Shown piece after piece: positions 40,401 to 52,689 of a stretch of DNA of 64,000 nt (position 1 is the first letter of the stretch; the number at the start of each line of letters is the position of its first letter). The stretch is from Isurus oxyrinchus (taxonomy: Eukaryota). The DNA lies in the NCBI GenBank assembly GCA_026770705.1, contig JANJGN010000021.1:89032001-89096000 (forward strand). The letters are read 5' to 3'. The position numbers were made by a program, and so were the translations under genes. The notes below the pieces were generated by a model that did no database searches, was not told where the DNA came from, and saw only the letters and a program-made list of their open reading frames with translations.

Positions 40401-40790
40401 GGGGTAGAGATGGAGGAGAGAGTTCATGATCTACAATTGTTGACTCAATATTCAGTCCAGAAGGCTGTAAAGTACCTAATCGGAAGATGAGGTGCTGTTC
40501 CTCCAGTTTGCGTTGAGCTTCACTGAAACAATGCAGCAAGTCAAGGACGGACATGTTGACATGAAAGCAGGGTGGAGTGTTGAAATGGCAAGCGACAGGG
40601 GGGTCTGGGTAATGCTTGCAGACAGACCGAAGGTGTTCTGCAAAGCGGTCACCCAGTCTGCGTTTGGTCTCTCCAATGTAGAGGAAACCACATTGGGAGC
40701 AACGAATGCAGTAGACTAAATTGAGGGAAGTGCAAGTGAAATGCTGCTTCACTTGACAGGAGTGTTTGGGCCCTTGAATGGTGAGGAGAG
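37492..40790 (-). mobile_element. Partial-tandem Penelope-like element (EN+3'UTR unit 39916-40790 followed by RT-EN+3'UTR unit 37492-39915)
   Basis: One TSD, ggcacacctca, at 37481-37491 and 40791-40801; RYIDD and GIY-YIG fragments. Confidence 0.92.
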
Positions 40791-41659
40791 GGCACACCTC
40801 ATCTCATCAACCCTGCAAAACCCTCTTTACTAACAGCTGAGGGCTGGTGTCAAATTGGAAGAGCAGACTACTGACGCAGTCATACCATACAGCTAATTGT
40901 CCCAGACTCCTTCATCACTGTCTCTGGGTCTGTTCCATCCCAGCAGAAGAACAGAGCATGAGAGAGAGGGCAAGGCAATGGAATATAGTTGGGATAGAGC
41001 CCTCAATGTTGACCTGATGCTGTTAGACTCAGCAGTTAACTTAAGGGCGAGGATTACCAGCCATCACCCTCCCCTCAGCTGATGAATCAGTGCTCTGCCA
41101 TTTGGCCACCACTTGGAAGAAGCACCAGGGGTAGAAAAGGCTCAGAAGGTACTCCAGTGGAGAATGTCCACGTCCATCATCAGCATTAATACTCTTTCTC
41201 CCTTTCTGAAAAAAAAAGGTGAACAATTCTAAGGGAGTCAGGAACCAAGACAAGTTAGAGGTGTGGATCACAAAATTTACACCACCCACATTGAGGTCAC
41301 TAGGCACTACAGGTATTTGTGAACCAATAGCAAGCCAGGGTGACGGACAGGAGGGTCAGCAGGGTAGTACGCACACTGACAGCTTGAGTACCTGTCCTCT
41401 ATCCATTAGTCAGAAGGCTTTGATTGACCCTGGGTAGGCTACCAGCCCCTAGAAATAAAGGCCCATAACTTAATCTCCAGGGCGTCATACCCAGGAGTTT
41501 TGGGAGGGGTGGTGTGGTCACAGTGGGGAACCGCTCTCCACAACCATTCCCCTTGCCCGCAAAATGTCCCTACATCAGGATTGCAGAGCAGTTGCCTAGG
41601 AAGTTCAAGCTTCCGTTCTGCAATTACCCTGATCTAGGAAACATCCCCCCCATAGGGGG

Positions 41660-42045
41660 ATCTCATAGAAACCTTTAAAATTCTAACAGGACTAGACAGG
41701 GTAGATGCAGGAAGGATTTTCCCAATGGTGGGGGAGTCCAGGACCAGGGGTCACAGTCTGAGGATACTGGGTGGACCATTTAGGACTGAGATGGGGAAAA
41801 AATTCTTCACCCAGAGAGTGGTGAGCCTGTGGAATTTGATACCACAGAAAGTAGTTGAGGCCAAAACATTGTGTGTTTTCAAGAAGAAGTTGGATATAGC
41901 TCTTCGGGTGAAAGGGATCAAAGGATATGGGAGAAAGCGGGAGCAGGCTATTGAGTTGGATGATCAGCCATGATCATAATGAATGGCAGAGCAGGCTCTA
42001 AGGGCTGAATGGCCTACTCCTGTTCCTATTTTCTATGTATGTTTC
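41660..42045 (+). mobile_element. CR1 LINE 3' end
   Basis: SRTRGHSL...FFTQRVVSLWN. Confidence 0.88.
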
Positions 42046-43849
42046 TACATATCTGATACTCCGATTTAATCAATTCGGTCTTCGGGTGGTTCTGACTGTC
42101 TTATAGGAATAGGTACCCACTCAAGGCTAGAATTAAAACCACTTCTAACCCCTGGGTAACTATAGTATCGAGCACCCACAACTTCCTTCCTGACCCATCA
42201 CCAAGGTCACTCCCGCTACTGCGCACATCCCCTCTCACTGATCACCCAGGCCCCATCCACTAAAACCTCACGGGACCCTCCTCCTCCCTCCCTCGCTTCT
42301 CCCTCTTCCCCTTTCCAACTGATTGCCAGTACACCTGGCTATTCGACCAACACCCCACTGATCACCCAAACCCCACATTCCCTTCCACCGGTCCTCTGAC
42401 TAGTGATCACCCTAGCACCCTGTCCTACTGACCATCCAAACCACCCCAGGCCTCTCACTGATCACCCAAAACTCACCCCCACCCCCCCACTACCCACCAC
42501 CACCTCAGTTTGAAGACCCTCCCAACATCCACCAACCTGCCGGCTTACTCAGTGTCTGGACCTTTAGCCTTAACTGCTTACAGCAGCTAGTGCCATTAAA
42601 AAAAGAGGCATGTTTTCTTTTCCCTCAGCTCCCTTGCACTCAACAGAAGGCCATAGGAACCCGCTGCACTGTAGCTTTCTCACTCAGCCCATGTCGGAAT
42701 GGTTGGGCGGGAAAGGTGCGGCTTCATTTCAGTGTATACAGGGATGAAGCGGCAATCTGACAGGGATCACCACTCCACGGAATAGAGTCATAGAATTTTA
42801 CAGCACGGAAAGAAGCCCTTCAGCCCATCGTGCCCATGCTGGTCATCAAGCCCCTGCCTACTCAAATCACATTTTCCAGGCCCACAGCCTTGCAGGCGAT
42901 GGAGTTTCAAGTGTTCATCTAAATACTTCTTAAAAAGAATCTATAGTCCCCAAAGAATGTTAATGAGTCCCAGTCAGGAGGCCAGTCCCCATCTGGTGGC
43001 TGCCTTCTTCAGATGGAAGATGAACTAGGGAAGATGGAGGAAAACTGGGAGAAGGAGTTTCCTAACAGCTTTGCTAGAGAATGTTACTAAAACAAGCTAC
43101 TGAGATCAACACAGTTTGTGCCAATCATCTGTTCATCTTCTGGGATCAATGAAACATTCTTCACTGGCACGGGTTATGTACTCTTCTTGCCTATTAAGAT
43201 ATGATGCATTTGCTGAACTGTTACTTCATAAAATACTTTAAAGTTGCTTACTCGACTTATGTAACTGTGGCTCCTGAACCAGAAATCTTACAATGTTAAG
43301 CAGTGGTAGCAACATGCAATAGGCAGAACTAAACAACCCCAAAACTAGCAGATCAAAACAAAGCCTGCAGTCCTGCCACATCCAGTTGTGAATGGTGAAC
43401 AATGAAACAACTAATCAAAGGAGGAGGCTCTACATGCAACAGGGCAGCATTCAAGCTTGGGCTGATATGCGGCCGGTAATGACCAAGGGAATCAAACCTT
43501 TGTCCCTTAGCACTGAGCAGCATTTCCACCAGTGAATCCCCACCTGAGAAACCAACATCCTAGGGGTTACCATTGACCAGAAACTAAACTGGACTAGCCA
43601 TAAAAATACTGTGGCTACAAGAGCAGGTTAGAGGCTGGGAATTCTGTGGCAAGTAACTCACCTCCTGACTCCCTAAAGCCTGTCTACCATCTGCAAGACT
43701 CAAGTCAGGATACACACAAATGTACTGCAGTAACTGGCCAAGCCTCCTTCTACAGGGCCTTCTAAACCCAATACCTCTACTGCCCAGTAGCAAAAGGGTA
43801 GCAAATGCATGGGAACACCACGTGCAAGCCACACACCATCCTGATCTTA

Positions 43850-44145
43850 AAGGTTTCAATCAAGTTGCCTCTTGCTCTTCTACATCCCAGTGGATACAAG
43901 TTGAACTTGTCCAACCCTTTCCTCACAGGTCAACCTGCCCATTCCTGGTATTAGTCTAGTGAACCTTCTCTGAACTGCTTCTAATGCATTTACATCCTGC
44001 CTTAAGTAAGGAGACCAGAACTGTGAACAGTACTCCAGGTGTGCTCTCACCAGTGCCCTGTACAAGTGAAGCATAACCTCCGTACTTTTGTACTCAATAC
44101 CACAGACAATAAGCAATAACATTCTATTAGCTTTCCTAACTACTT
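43850..44145 (-). mobile_element. CR1 LINE fragment
   Basis: [22 protein letters not shown]. Confidence 0.85.
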
Positions 44146-44299
44146 GTTAAGAGAATGTTATTGTTTATTGTTGCAACTGCACAAAGCTGACTGTTGTGCG
44201 CCACCTTTAAACGAACGTGAACTTGTTGCAATGAGGTTCCTGTGCGCCGCTGGTTTCCTGTGCGCCGCTGACTTCATTTTGAAGGCCGCACTTAATTTG

Positions 44300-45350
44300 G
44301 TTTTAAGTTAATAAGTAATCAAGGTCTGCAAATGTAGTACAAGTCGGAACCCATGCCAGGGCTGCATGAGGCTTGATCTGCCACTGCCATGCCGACAACA
44401 TTTTTTATTCCGAATCTGCTGTTGTGATTGACATTTTGCCCACTGCTTGAGTAACTCAGTGCACCCGCCACATTTCCCCTCCCAGAGTCTTCATTAAATC
44501 CCACCCAATGATTTGCTCTGCTAAAGACCACCTACTCCAGGTATTGGGTGCACAATCTACAAATTCAAGCTAGCAGTGTAAGATTATCTGTGCAGAGAGC
44601 TTTGCCTCTCTTGAATCCCTGCATGTTCTGCAATTTACTTGCTCTTTAAAAAAAAAAATAGCTGGAACTATTTCCATATTCTCATCACTATTTTTTTTAA
44701 AACAAACTCTCTACCACTTAGAAGGTCATGCCCATGTCTTCTGGCAGATTTGTCCTTAGCTAACAGATTGGTGGAGGCTCGCTGCAAGGTCAAATGCCCA
44801 ACTGGTGGTAAAATGGTGGCCAGCCTCAGTGTTCAGGTACCTTTTCTCTTTCTCTGCCTGTGCGCCCCACCCCAATCCTGGTACAGCTTCAAGAAACTCT
44901 CCTTGCACCTTCTAAGTCGAAGTATTGGAAAAATATCCTCTCTTGTAGCAAGTTGAGGACTTTTCCACAATAGTAAAGGGTCTCTTATTGTGTTCACAAC
45001 CTGAGCAATCTGACGTGGTTCACAGACTCTTCCACAACCCACGTGCCTCAATGAAAATAACCACGACTCATAAAAACCAGAGTTCATGCAGGCTCTTAAA
45101 ATGCCGATCTCGATGTCACTTTGCATGTACATTGGGTCGTGACCTGTCATGTTTTCTGCAATGTACAGAATGGCATCTGGTGCCAATTGGGTGGGCAGTT
45201 TATTAATGAGATCACCCCCGCCTCTATTTTCAATCACCCAACGCAGGTTAAAAAAAAAGGGGCAGCAAAATCTAGCCCCAAGTCTCCAGTATGTTTGGAT
45301 CCTCAGACAAGGGGGGAGTTGCCATCAATGATGTTCCATCTCAATCATTA
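44300..45350 (-). mobile_element. Possible highly decayed hAT-type transposase remnant
   Basis: Weak frameshifted motif resemblance only (VVGMAVADQAS vs hAT xxGxxxDGAS; PTNWH..L.KH). Confidence 0.3.
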
Positions 45351-45404
45351 TAAACATCCTAGAAACAGAACACCACATCAGCAGGTAAAATTTCTTTGCT
45401 GCTA

Positions 45405-47340
45405 GAATTTACATATCAAGGGTCTACTGAGAAGGAGGTATTGAAAGAAATTAGTATTAGTAAAACAATAGTGCTGGAGAAATAAATGGAACTGAAAGCC
45501 AATAAATTCCCAGGGCCCAATAATCCACATCCCAGGGTACAAAAGGAGGTGGCCATGGAAATAGTGGATGCATTGGTTGTCATCTTCCAAACTTCTGTAG
45601 ATTCTGGAACAATCCTGGCAGATTGGAAGGTGACAAATGTAACCCCACTATTTAAAAAAGGAAGGAGAAAACAGCAAATTACTGGCCAAAAACAGAATTA
45701 CCTGGAAAAACTCAGCAGGTCTGGCAGCATCGGCGGAGAAGAAAAGAGTTGACGTTTCGCGTCCTCATGACCCTTTGACAGAACTTGAGTTCGAGTCCAA
45801 GAAAAGGACTCGAACTCAAGTTCTGTTGAAGGGTCATGAGGACTCGAAACGTCAACTCTTTTCTTCTCCGCCGATGCTGCCAGACCTGCTGAGTTTTTCC
45901 AGGTAATTCTGTTTTTGTTTTTGTTTTGGATTTCCAGCATCCGCAGTTTTTTTGTTTTTAAATTACTGGCCAGTTAGCCCAAAATCAGTAGTAGTGGAAA
46001 TACTAGTCTATTGTGTAGGATGTGATAACAGGGCATTTAGAAAACATCAATGGGATTAGACAAAGTCAGCATGGATTTATGATAGTGAGTCATATTTGAC
46101 AAATGTACTGGAGTTTTGAGGACATAACTAGCAGAGTAGATAAGGGAGAATCAGTGGATGTGGTGTATTTAGATCTTCAGAAAGATTTTGATAAAGTCCT
46201 ACATAAGAGGTTAGTGTGCAAAATTAAAGACATGGTATTGGAGGTAATATATTGGCATAAATTGAGAATTGGTTAGTAGACAGGGAACAGAGAGGGAATA
46301 AATGTGTCTTTTTCAGAATGGTAGGCAGTGACTAGTGGAGTACCACAAAGATCAATGCTTGGACCCCAGCTATTCACAACATATATCAATGATTTGAATG
46401 AGGGAAACCAAATGTAATATTTCCAAGTTTGCTGATTACATGAAACTTGATGGGAATATGAGCGATGGAGGGTATTAAGAGGCTTTAAGGCAATTTAGAC
46501 AGGTTGAATGGGCAAATGATAGATGCAGTATAATGTGGCTAAGTGTGAAGTTATCCACTTATGGTAGGAAAAATGGAATGGCAGAGTATTATTTAAATGG
46601 TGATAGATTGGGAAATGTTGATGTACAGAAGGATATGGATGTCCTTGTACACCAATCACTGAAAGCAGCATGCAGGTGCAACAGTTAGGAAGGCAAACAG
46701 TCTGTTGGCTTCATTGCAAGAGGATTTGAGTACAGGAGCAAGGATGTCTTACTGCAGCTGCTCAGGGCTTTGGCTAGACCATATCTGGAGTATTGTGCAC
46801 AGTTTTGGTCTCCTTACCCAAAAAGGATATACTTGCTGTATAGGGAGTGCAGCGAAGGTTCACCAGGCTGAGTACCGAGGTGACGGGGGATATGAGGAGA
46901 AATTAGGCCAACTAGACCTGTATTCACTGGAGTTTAGAAGAACGAGAGGGGATCACATTGAAAAACATAAAATTCTGACAGGGATGATGTTTCCTCAGGC
47001 TGGGGGAGAGGGGGGAGCAGTCAGGTTTTTGGAACAAGGGGTGACAGTCTCAGGATACAGGATAGGCCATTTAAAACTGGGATGGGGAGAAACTTCTTCA
47101 CTCAGAGGGTGGTGAACCTGTGGAATTCTCTACCTCAGATGGCTGTGGAGACCAAGTCACTGAATACACTTAAAGAAGGAAAGATAGATTTCTCAGCTCT
47201 AAAGGCATTAAGGGGTAGGGGTAGTGGTAGGAGTAGGGGGAGAGCATGGGAGTGCAGTATTGAGGTAGAGGATCAGCCATGATCATATTGAATGTTGGAG
47301 TAGGCTCGAAGTGCCGAATGGCCTACTCCTGCTTTCTATG
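45405..47340 (+). mobile_element. CR1 LINE ORF2 3' half, interrupted by a mini-PLE
   Basis: KANKFPGPNNPHPRV, DWKVTNVTPLFKKG, DVVYLD, FFTQRVVNLWNSLP. Confidence 0.92.
45689..45959. mobile_element. Mini palindromic PLE derivative (~110-bp arms, 7-nt loop)
   Basis: TSD aaattactggcca at 45676-45688 and 45960-45972; hammerhead motif in each arm. Confidence 0.92.
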
Positions 47341-47554
47341 TTTACTGTCAGCATAAATTCATGAAATGCCACCCTATCACAGGAAACAAGTTCTTTCTCA
47401 TATAGATTCAAAAATTTTAGTACCTTAAATCCACCAAGTAGGTTGGTGCTTTATTTAATCTGTCATGTCCATTGCTCGGTCAAGTCTCCTTTACAAAAGT
47501 TACGTCTTTCCATATCTCAACCCTTTCTCGATGAGGTTTGTGCTTATTCTGCTA

Positions 47555-47980
47555 TTTAGGAACATGGGAGCAGGAGTAGACCATTTAGCCCCTTGAGCCT
47601 GCTCCGCCATTTAACTAGATCACATCTGATCTTCTACTTCAACACCATCTTTCTGCACCATCCCTATATCCTTCAATGTCACTAGTATCTAGAAATCTAT
47701 TGACCTCTGCTTTGAACACACTCAGCAGCTGAGCCTCCACTGCCCTCTTGGGTAGAAAATTCCAAAGATTTACTACATTCTGACTGAAGAAATTCCTCCT
47801 CATCTTGGTTCTAAACGACCTACCTCTTATTATGGGACTGTCCCACCTGGTTCTAGACTCCCCCAACAAGGAGAAAACATCCTTTCTACATTAGCCTATC
47901 GAGCCCTGTAAGAATTCTTTTTTACACTTCAATGAGATCATTTCTTATTCTTCAAAACTCCAGAGAATACAAGCCCACTT
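47555..47980 (-). mobile_element. CR1 LINE 3' end
   Basis: ESRTR...RNFFSQNVVNLWNFLP. Confidence 0.85.
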
Positions 47981-48723
47981 GTATGTAAACTAGTTGTCCA
48001 CTTAAAGCTAAACTTAAAGAAATCCACCCATCTTACATTTATATATATACGCATACACAAACATGCAAATGTAAACAAGCTGTGGAGAGGTAATAAAAAT
48101 CAACTGCAAGATAATAAGATCATACTGGGCCAGATTTTCCATAGCAATGGGAAATATGGAGATAAATAAATCATAGAATCAAGTACAAAGCCATCACCAT
48201 TACCCACACAGCCCAGCTCCTGCACCTAACACTGGAGGAAATCTGCTTTATAAACTATAGAGCATTCAGTCTAAGCCCTGCTACAAGATAACAGCACTCA
48301 AATGCAACCAACACTCAACTGCAGCAGAGAGTGCAACATTGTCAGAGGTTCTGAGTTTTGAATGAGATGGTAAACCGAGGCCCCATGTGCCCATTTAGAG
48401 GGACATAAAAGATCTCATAACATTAACCAAAAGAGAAACAGTGATGTGCTCCTCATGCTTTGGCCAATTGATACCATGATAATTGCAATAACTGATTAAT
48501 CATTTCATTTTCTCTTTTTGGGATCTTGCTGTGTCTCATTTGGATGACACCTTTCCCTATAATACAGTAGTGATTGCATTTCAAAAGTGCTTCACTAGCT
48601 GGTGGAGCAGTCGGTGATGTCCTGAGGACATCAACAGGGAAGTCTTGGAAGGATTAGCAGGCTGATTATCAACCTGTCGAACCACATCATGAATGTTCCT
48701 TCAAAGGCCAATAGATTCTTGTT

Positions 48724-48935
48724 ATTGCTGAAAAAAAGGAGACACGTCAAAGCTTTTTGCTTTGCACTCACAGACACTTTGGAAGAAAACCAATAAAAGG
48801 GGAAAACAACAATTTATACTGTACATGAAGAGACTGCTGATTGGTTGGCAAGTGGACTCTGATTGGTGGAGGAGAATGCACCAATGAAGGTGAGTGACAG
48901 TTAACTACCAAGCATTGTTTGAAATTTAAACCAGG
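48724..48935 (-). mobile_element. Possible 3' end of another PLE family with a decayed hammerhead motif
   Basis: - strand ctg-tgagtgcaaagc-aaaaagcttt-gac resembles CTGATGA...GAAA with a palindromic AAGCTT. Confidence 0.4.
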
Positions 48936-50336
48936 CATCTTTATTTTTGTTAGGCAAGGGAATCAAAGGTTATCAGGGGAGAGATGGGAACATGGAATTT
49001 GAAACAAACGGATCAGCCATGATCGTATTGAATGGCCGAGCAGGCACGATGGGCCGAATGGCCGACATCTACTCCTATTCCATATGTTCATATGTCCTGG
49101 AGTGGGACTTGAACCTGGAGCCTGACTGAGCCACAAGACTTCCATCCTAAGGAAGCAAAATGTCCTGTATTAACGTTAGTGCTTTGTTTCGCTCTCTATT
49201 GCTGTTTGTACCAATAACTGCATTTCAGTACTTGATGGGACAGAAAAATGGGTTTGATTACAGCTTTCATGTGTAAACAAGAGGCCAAAAATTGGGGCCT
49301 TCAGTGGTATTAAGATTAGCCATTGCTGGCCAAAGAGGATAGCTGTAAGAGCAGTGATACAACAGTTGAGAACCCTTTAGCAGGCGTACTGCTTTTGGTG
49401 CGTTTGCCTCTTACCAGCAGCGGGTGGGAAACTGCACCTGGTTATAACAACAGTAACAATGGCTGGAGATGCACCAAGTACATTTCATGTTCTGGGAAGC
49501 AGATGCACTGTGAAAGTGAGCTGATACCACAAAGGATTAAATTTCACACTATCCCTGCGAAAAGCTGCTGAAGCTGGCAGTCAATTGAAAACTTCAAAAG
49601 GAGAATAATAGTTTGATGTTAGGCAGGGGTATGATGTTTTACAGAACCGAGACAGGTAAATGGTTCAAACACAGGCCAACCGCGATGTAATTCAATGGAG
49701 GAATTGGCTGGAGGGGCTGAATGACCTTGTGTTCCTATGCTCTTTTCTTCCGAGTTTCAAATAGTTTTACAAGCAAATGTATGTCATTCAGAACTCTTTA
49801 TGGGCCAGCTGGTTTGAGACTCATGGTCCAGGTGTGTGATCTGATGCACTGTGTCAGGATTGTCCAGCCCGTGGACCAGATGCGGCCCGTGAAGCCCCTC
49901 TATTGTGGCCTTCCGGAGCCACTGTTCAAAATGATGGTCAAATGGGTAAGTGGAGTGGAAGATTATGCAAAGAGCTGTTCCTCCAATCACAGGCCGTTCC
50001 TCTCCCACAGCAGTAAACGTGGGAGAGAAACGGTGTCTGATTGGAGGAGCATCAAACACCAGCGATAGTGAATGTGCTGGGAGAAGGGAGGTTTTCAGGG
50101 CTCGGGGTAGACACCATGTGACAGAATGGACAATTTTATTGTGGGATGGGGGTGAGGAAAGAGAATCCTCATCCATAAAATTGAAGGGACAGGAAAGAAG
50201 GAATCACTCAATTGCTGTTAAACATTGGTTTCACCCATAATCACTAGAGTCAGACCACCATGGCAACTAATACATCCAAACATTAAATATACATTTTGTT
50301 CAAACAGTGTGCATTGGAATATCTGTAGGTACTTAC

Positions 50337-50633
50337 CATACACTGTAAGAGTTAGAATTCTAGTCCTGGTCGGGTCCAAGTCCGCAGTCATTTTGTATCT
50401 GCCAGTATCCTCTTTGTGTAAATCTTTTAGCAATAAGAATCCATTTGATTTTCTAAATTCCACTCGATTCTTGTACTGACTATATATTTGTTCATAGTCC
50501 ATACCGTAATCTAAAATGGGAAGAGTCCTGCTTGGATTAGATAATTCCCATTGGAGATTACCGAATTCTCTATCAGTTCCAGGGAATAGAACGGAGGAAC
50601 CTGTAGCAGCCATCATGTCTTTCGTCACCTGTG
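50337..50633 (-). CDS. V-set Ig domain exon, Cys-free (CD2/SLAM/CEACAM-N-like)
   Basis: ttttag acceptor, G|GTAAGT donor, phase 1-1; GSSVLFPG, LQW, YKNRVEF..SNGFLLLKDLHKEDTGRY, LTLTVY. Confidence 0.92.
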
Positions 50634-52317
50634 CTAAAATATAAATGAGCAAATCAGAACAATACTACCAGAGAGATTTAATCATCACACAAACAGGGAG
50701 GAGATGTGGTCAATGAGCTCAGCTTCTCCCCTTAGCAACGGATGCCAACATTCCCTTTACCCATCTCACTGTCACTATTTAAACTGTGCCAGTCTCCTTG
50801 AGAGATTTTAGTTATTCTCCAACTGTTGCCCAGTCCATGTAGACCCAATTTAATTAATGTTAAAATGTTATACCTTTAGGTAATACAAGTGGACACACAG
50901 GGCTTCGGTCTTAGGCAGAGACTTCCAAAAGGGAAGAGCACCATCAGGATCCAGCATGACTTGAGTATCCAAAATGCAGCCAGCAAACAAATTTAAAGGA
51001 TGTAGATCAGCTAATGACGGAGACGGTTGCACTCTAGAGGCTGGGTGTGGTGATGCAGTGTGAAAGGTCTTTATGGTAAGGAGCCTAGTTTCATTTAATT
51101 GTACAATGGAAAAGGGAGCCGTTCAGCCCGTTGCGCCTGTGCTCTCTCTTTGGGGCTATTTTGGATGGCTCATTCAATTCCATGAATCGCCCCACAACCT
51201 AAGACATTTTTCCTTTTCAAGTATATAAAACTTCCCACCTCCACCAACAACCCCCCGTTCCACCTACCCCTCTCCCCTACCTTACCCTTCCCACCCTAGC
51301 CCCCAATCCCCCCTCACCCCCACTTCCCCACTACCCCCCCCCCCTTCCTCATCCAACAAGGGAGGAGGAGGAGGAGAGAGAGGAGGGGGAGGAGGATGGG
51401 GGTTGGGGGGCAGGGGAGCAAGAATTGGCGGAATCAGATTCTGCCCACCAGTTTTCACATTTCACAAGTGTTGCATGATTTTCACAGCCTTTATATCTGA
51501 GTCCTTCGCTGTCAAAGGCTTAAAATTCTGCAACTCGCTTCCGAATAGTACTATGGGTGCACCCGCATCAAATTGCTTGCAGTGGCTTAAGGAAACAGCT
51601 CACCACCACCTTCTCAAGGCAATCGGGGTGGGCTTGCGACGAGGAAAAATAAGTGTGGCGCACTGAACCCCACTTTTTCCTGTTCCTCCAGACATTTGGC
51701 GACAGGACTTATTTTCTTGGAAATAACTGTGACCCAAAGCTCCATATGCTTGAGCTGAATCAGATTTTTTGTGTTTTGATCATTAACCTCACTCTGTCCA
51801 AATGCTCCTTCCTGGGAAACACCCCACGGTCAATCCTGTCACTGGGATATGGGGGAGGGGAGGTGCAAAATCCAATTTAGGGCAGAATGTACACAAGTCA
51901 CACGGTACCAAGCGGCTGCTTTGTTGTACACACAGTCCAACAGCCTTTCCAGTACAGACACAGGGAGTACAGGGTGTCCCGGAGGGTAGGCAGTATAAAA
52001 TGAGAATATCACCCAGACAAGCTAGTGAATCGGAAAATGAAGCCGATTCCATTTTGCTCAAGAAAAGTTTCACCGCCCACAGCCCCATCCTCAACACCTT
52101 GAAGACCCCAGACTCCTACCCCTGTTACTGAGCGACTCCAATCGATGTTAAAAACAAACACCGCGGAAACGAAGCCAATTCACCCAAATGGCGGATCACC
52201 AGCGGTTTGTTCCCTTGTAAGATCTTCTGTTTGATGATACAGTGAATTTTTATTTTCATTCCCCGCCCCAAATCTCCGTCACTATCGATTTAAAGAGACT
52301 TTTAGAGACGGTTTTAC

Positions 52318-52378
52318 CTGAAACCGGGTCGGTGAGAAGCTGCAGAAGATGAAGAACAGGGAGGATAAGGATCGTCAT
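52318..52378 (-). CDS. Signal peptide exon MTILILPVLHLLQLLTDPVS
   Basis: ATG at 52378, hydrophobic leader, CAG|GTAAAA donor; phase 1 joins the V exon in frame. Confidence 0.82.
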
Positions 52379-52409
52379 CTGGCTGGAGATCTCGTCCCCT
52401 CGGCCATTA

Positions 52410-52480
52410 AATAACGGGAAGCAGAGGAATTAAATAACCGGAAGAAAGAGGGAAGGAAAAGACTGAAGAGGAATTGCAGC
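52410..52480. promoter_or_regulatory. Cluster of Ets/PU.1-like GGAA motifs just upstream of the - strand gene start codon
   Basis: cgggaag, agaggaa, accggaag, aagaggaa within ~70 bp. Confidence 0.35.
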
Positions 52481-52689
52481 TTGGGGAATGGGTGGGCTGG
52501 AGTCCGTCATATGGAAAGGGAAGGGTGTGGAAATGCAGGGTCAGATGACAATTTTAAATATGAGGTGCTGGGGATCCATGAGCTAATATAAGGTCTGGGG
52601 AGATGGGTTCACTGCAATTGTGCGGGATAGGATATAAGCAACAGAGTTTAGGATGAGCTGAAGTCTATGGAGGCTGTCGCGTTACTCCA

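Noticed and set aside
50874-50960. Possible extra exon in intron 1 of the - strand gene
   Set aside because: Not signal-peptide-like, phase incompatible with the V exon, weak donor
51240-51420. C-rich tract followed by G-rich tract as a structured element
   Set aside because: Low-complexity sequence without specific complementarity
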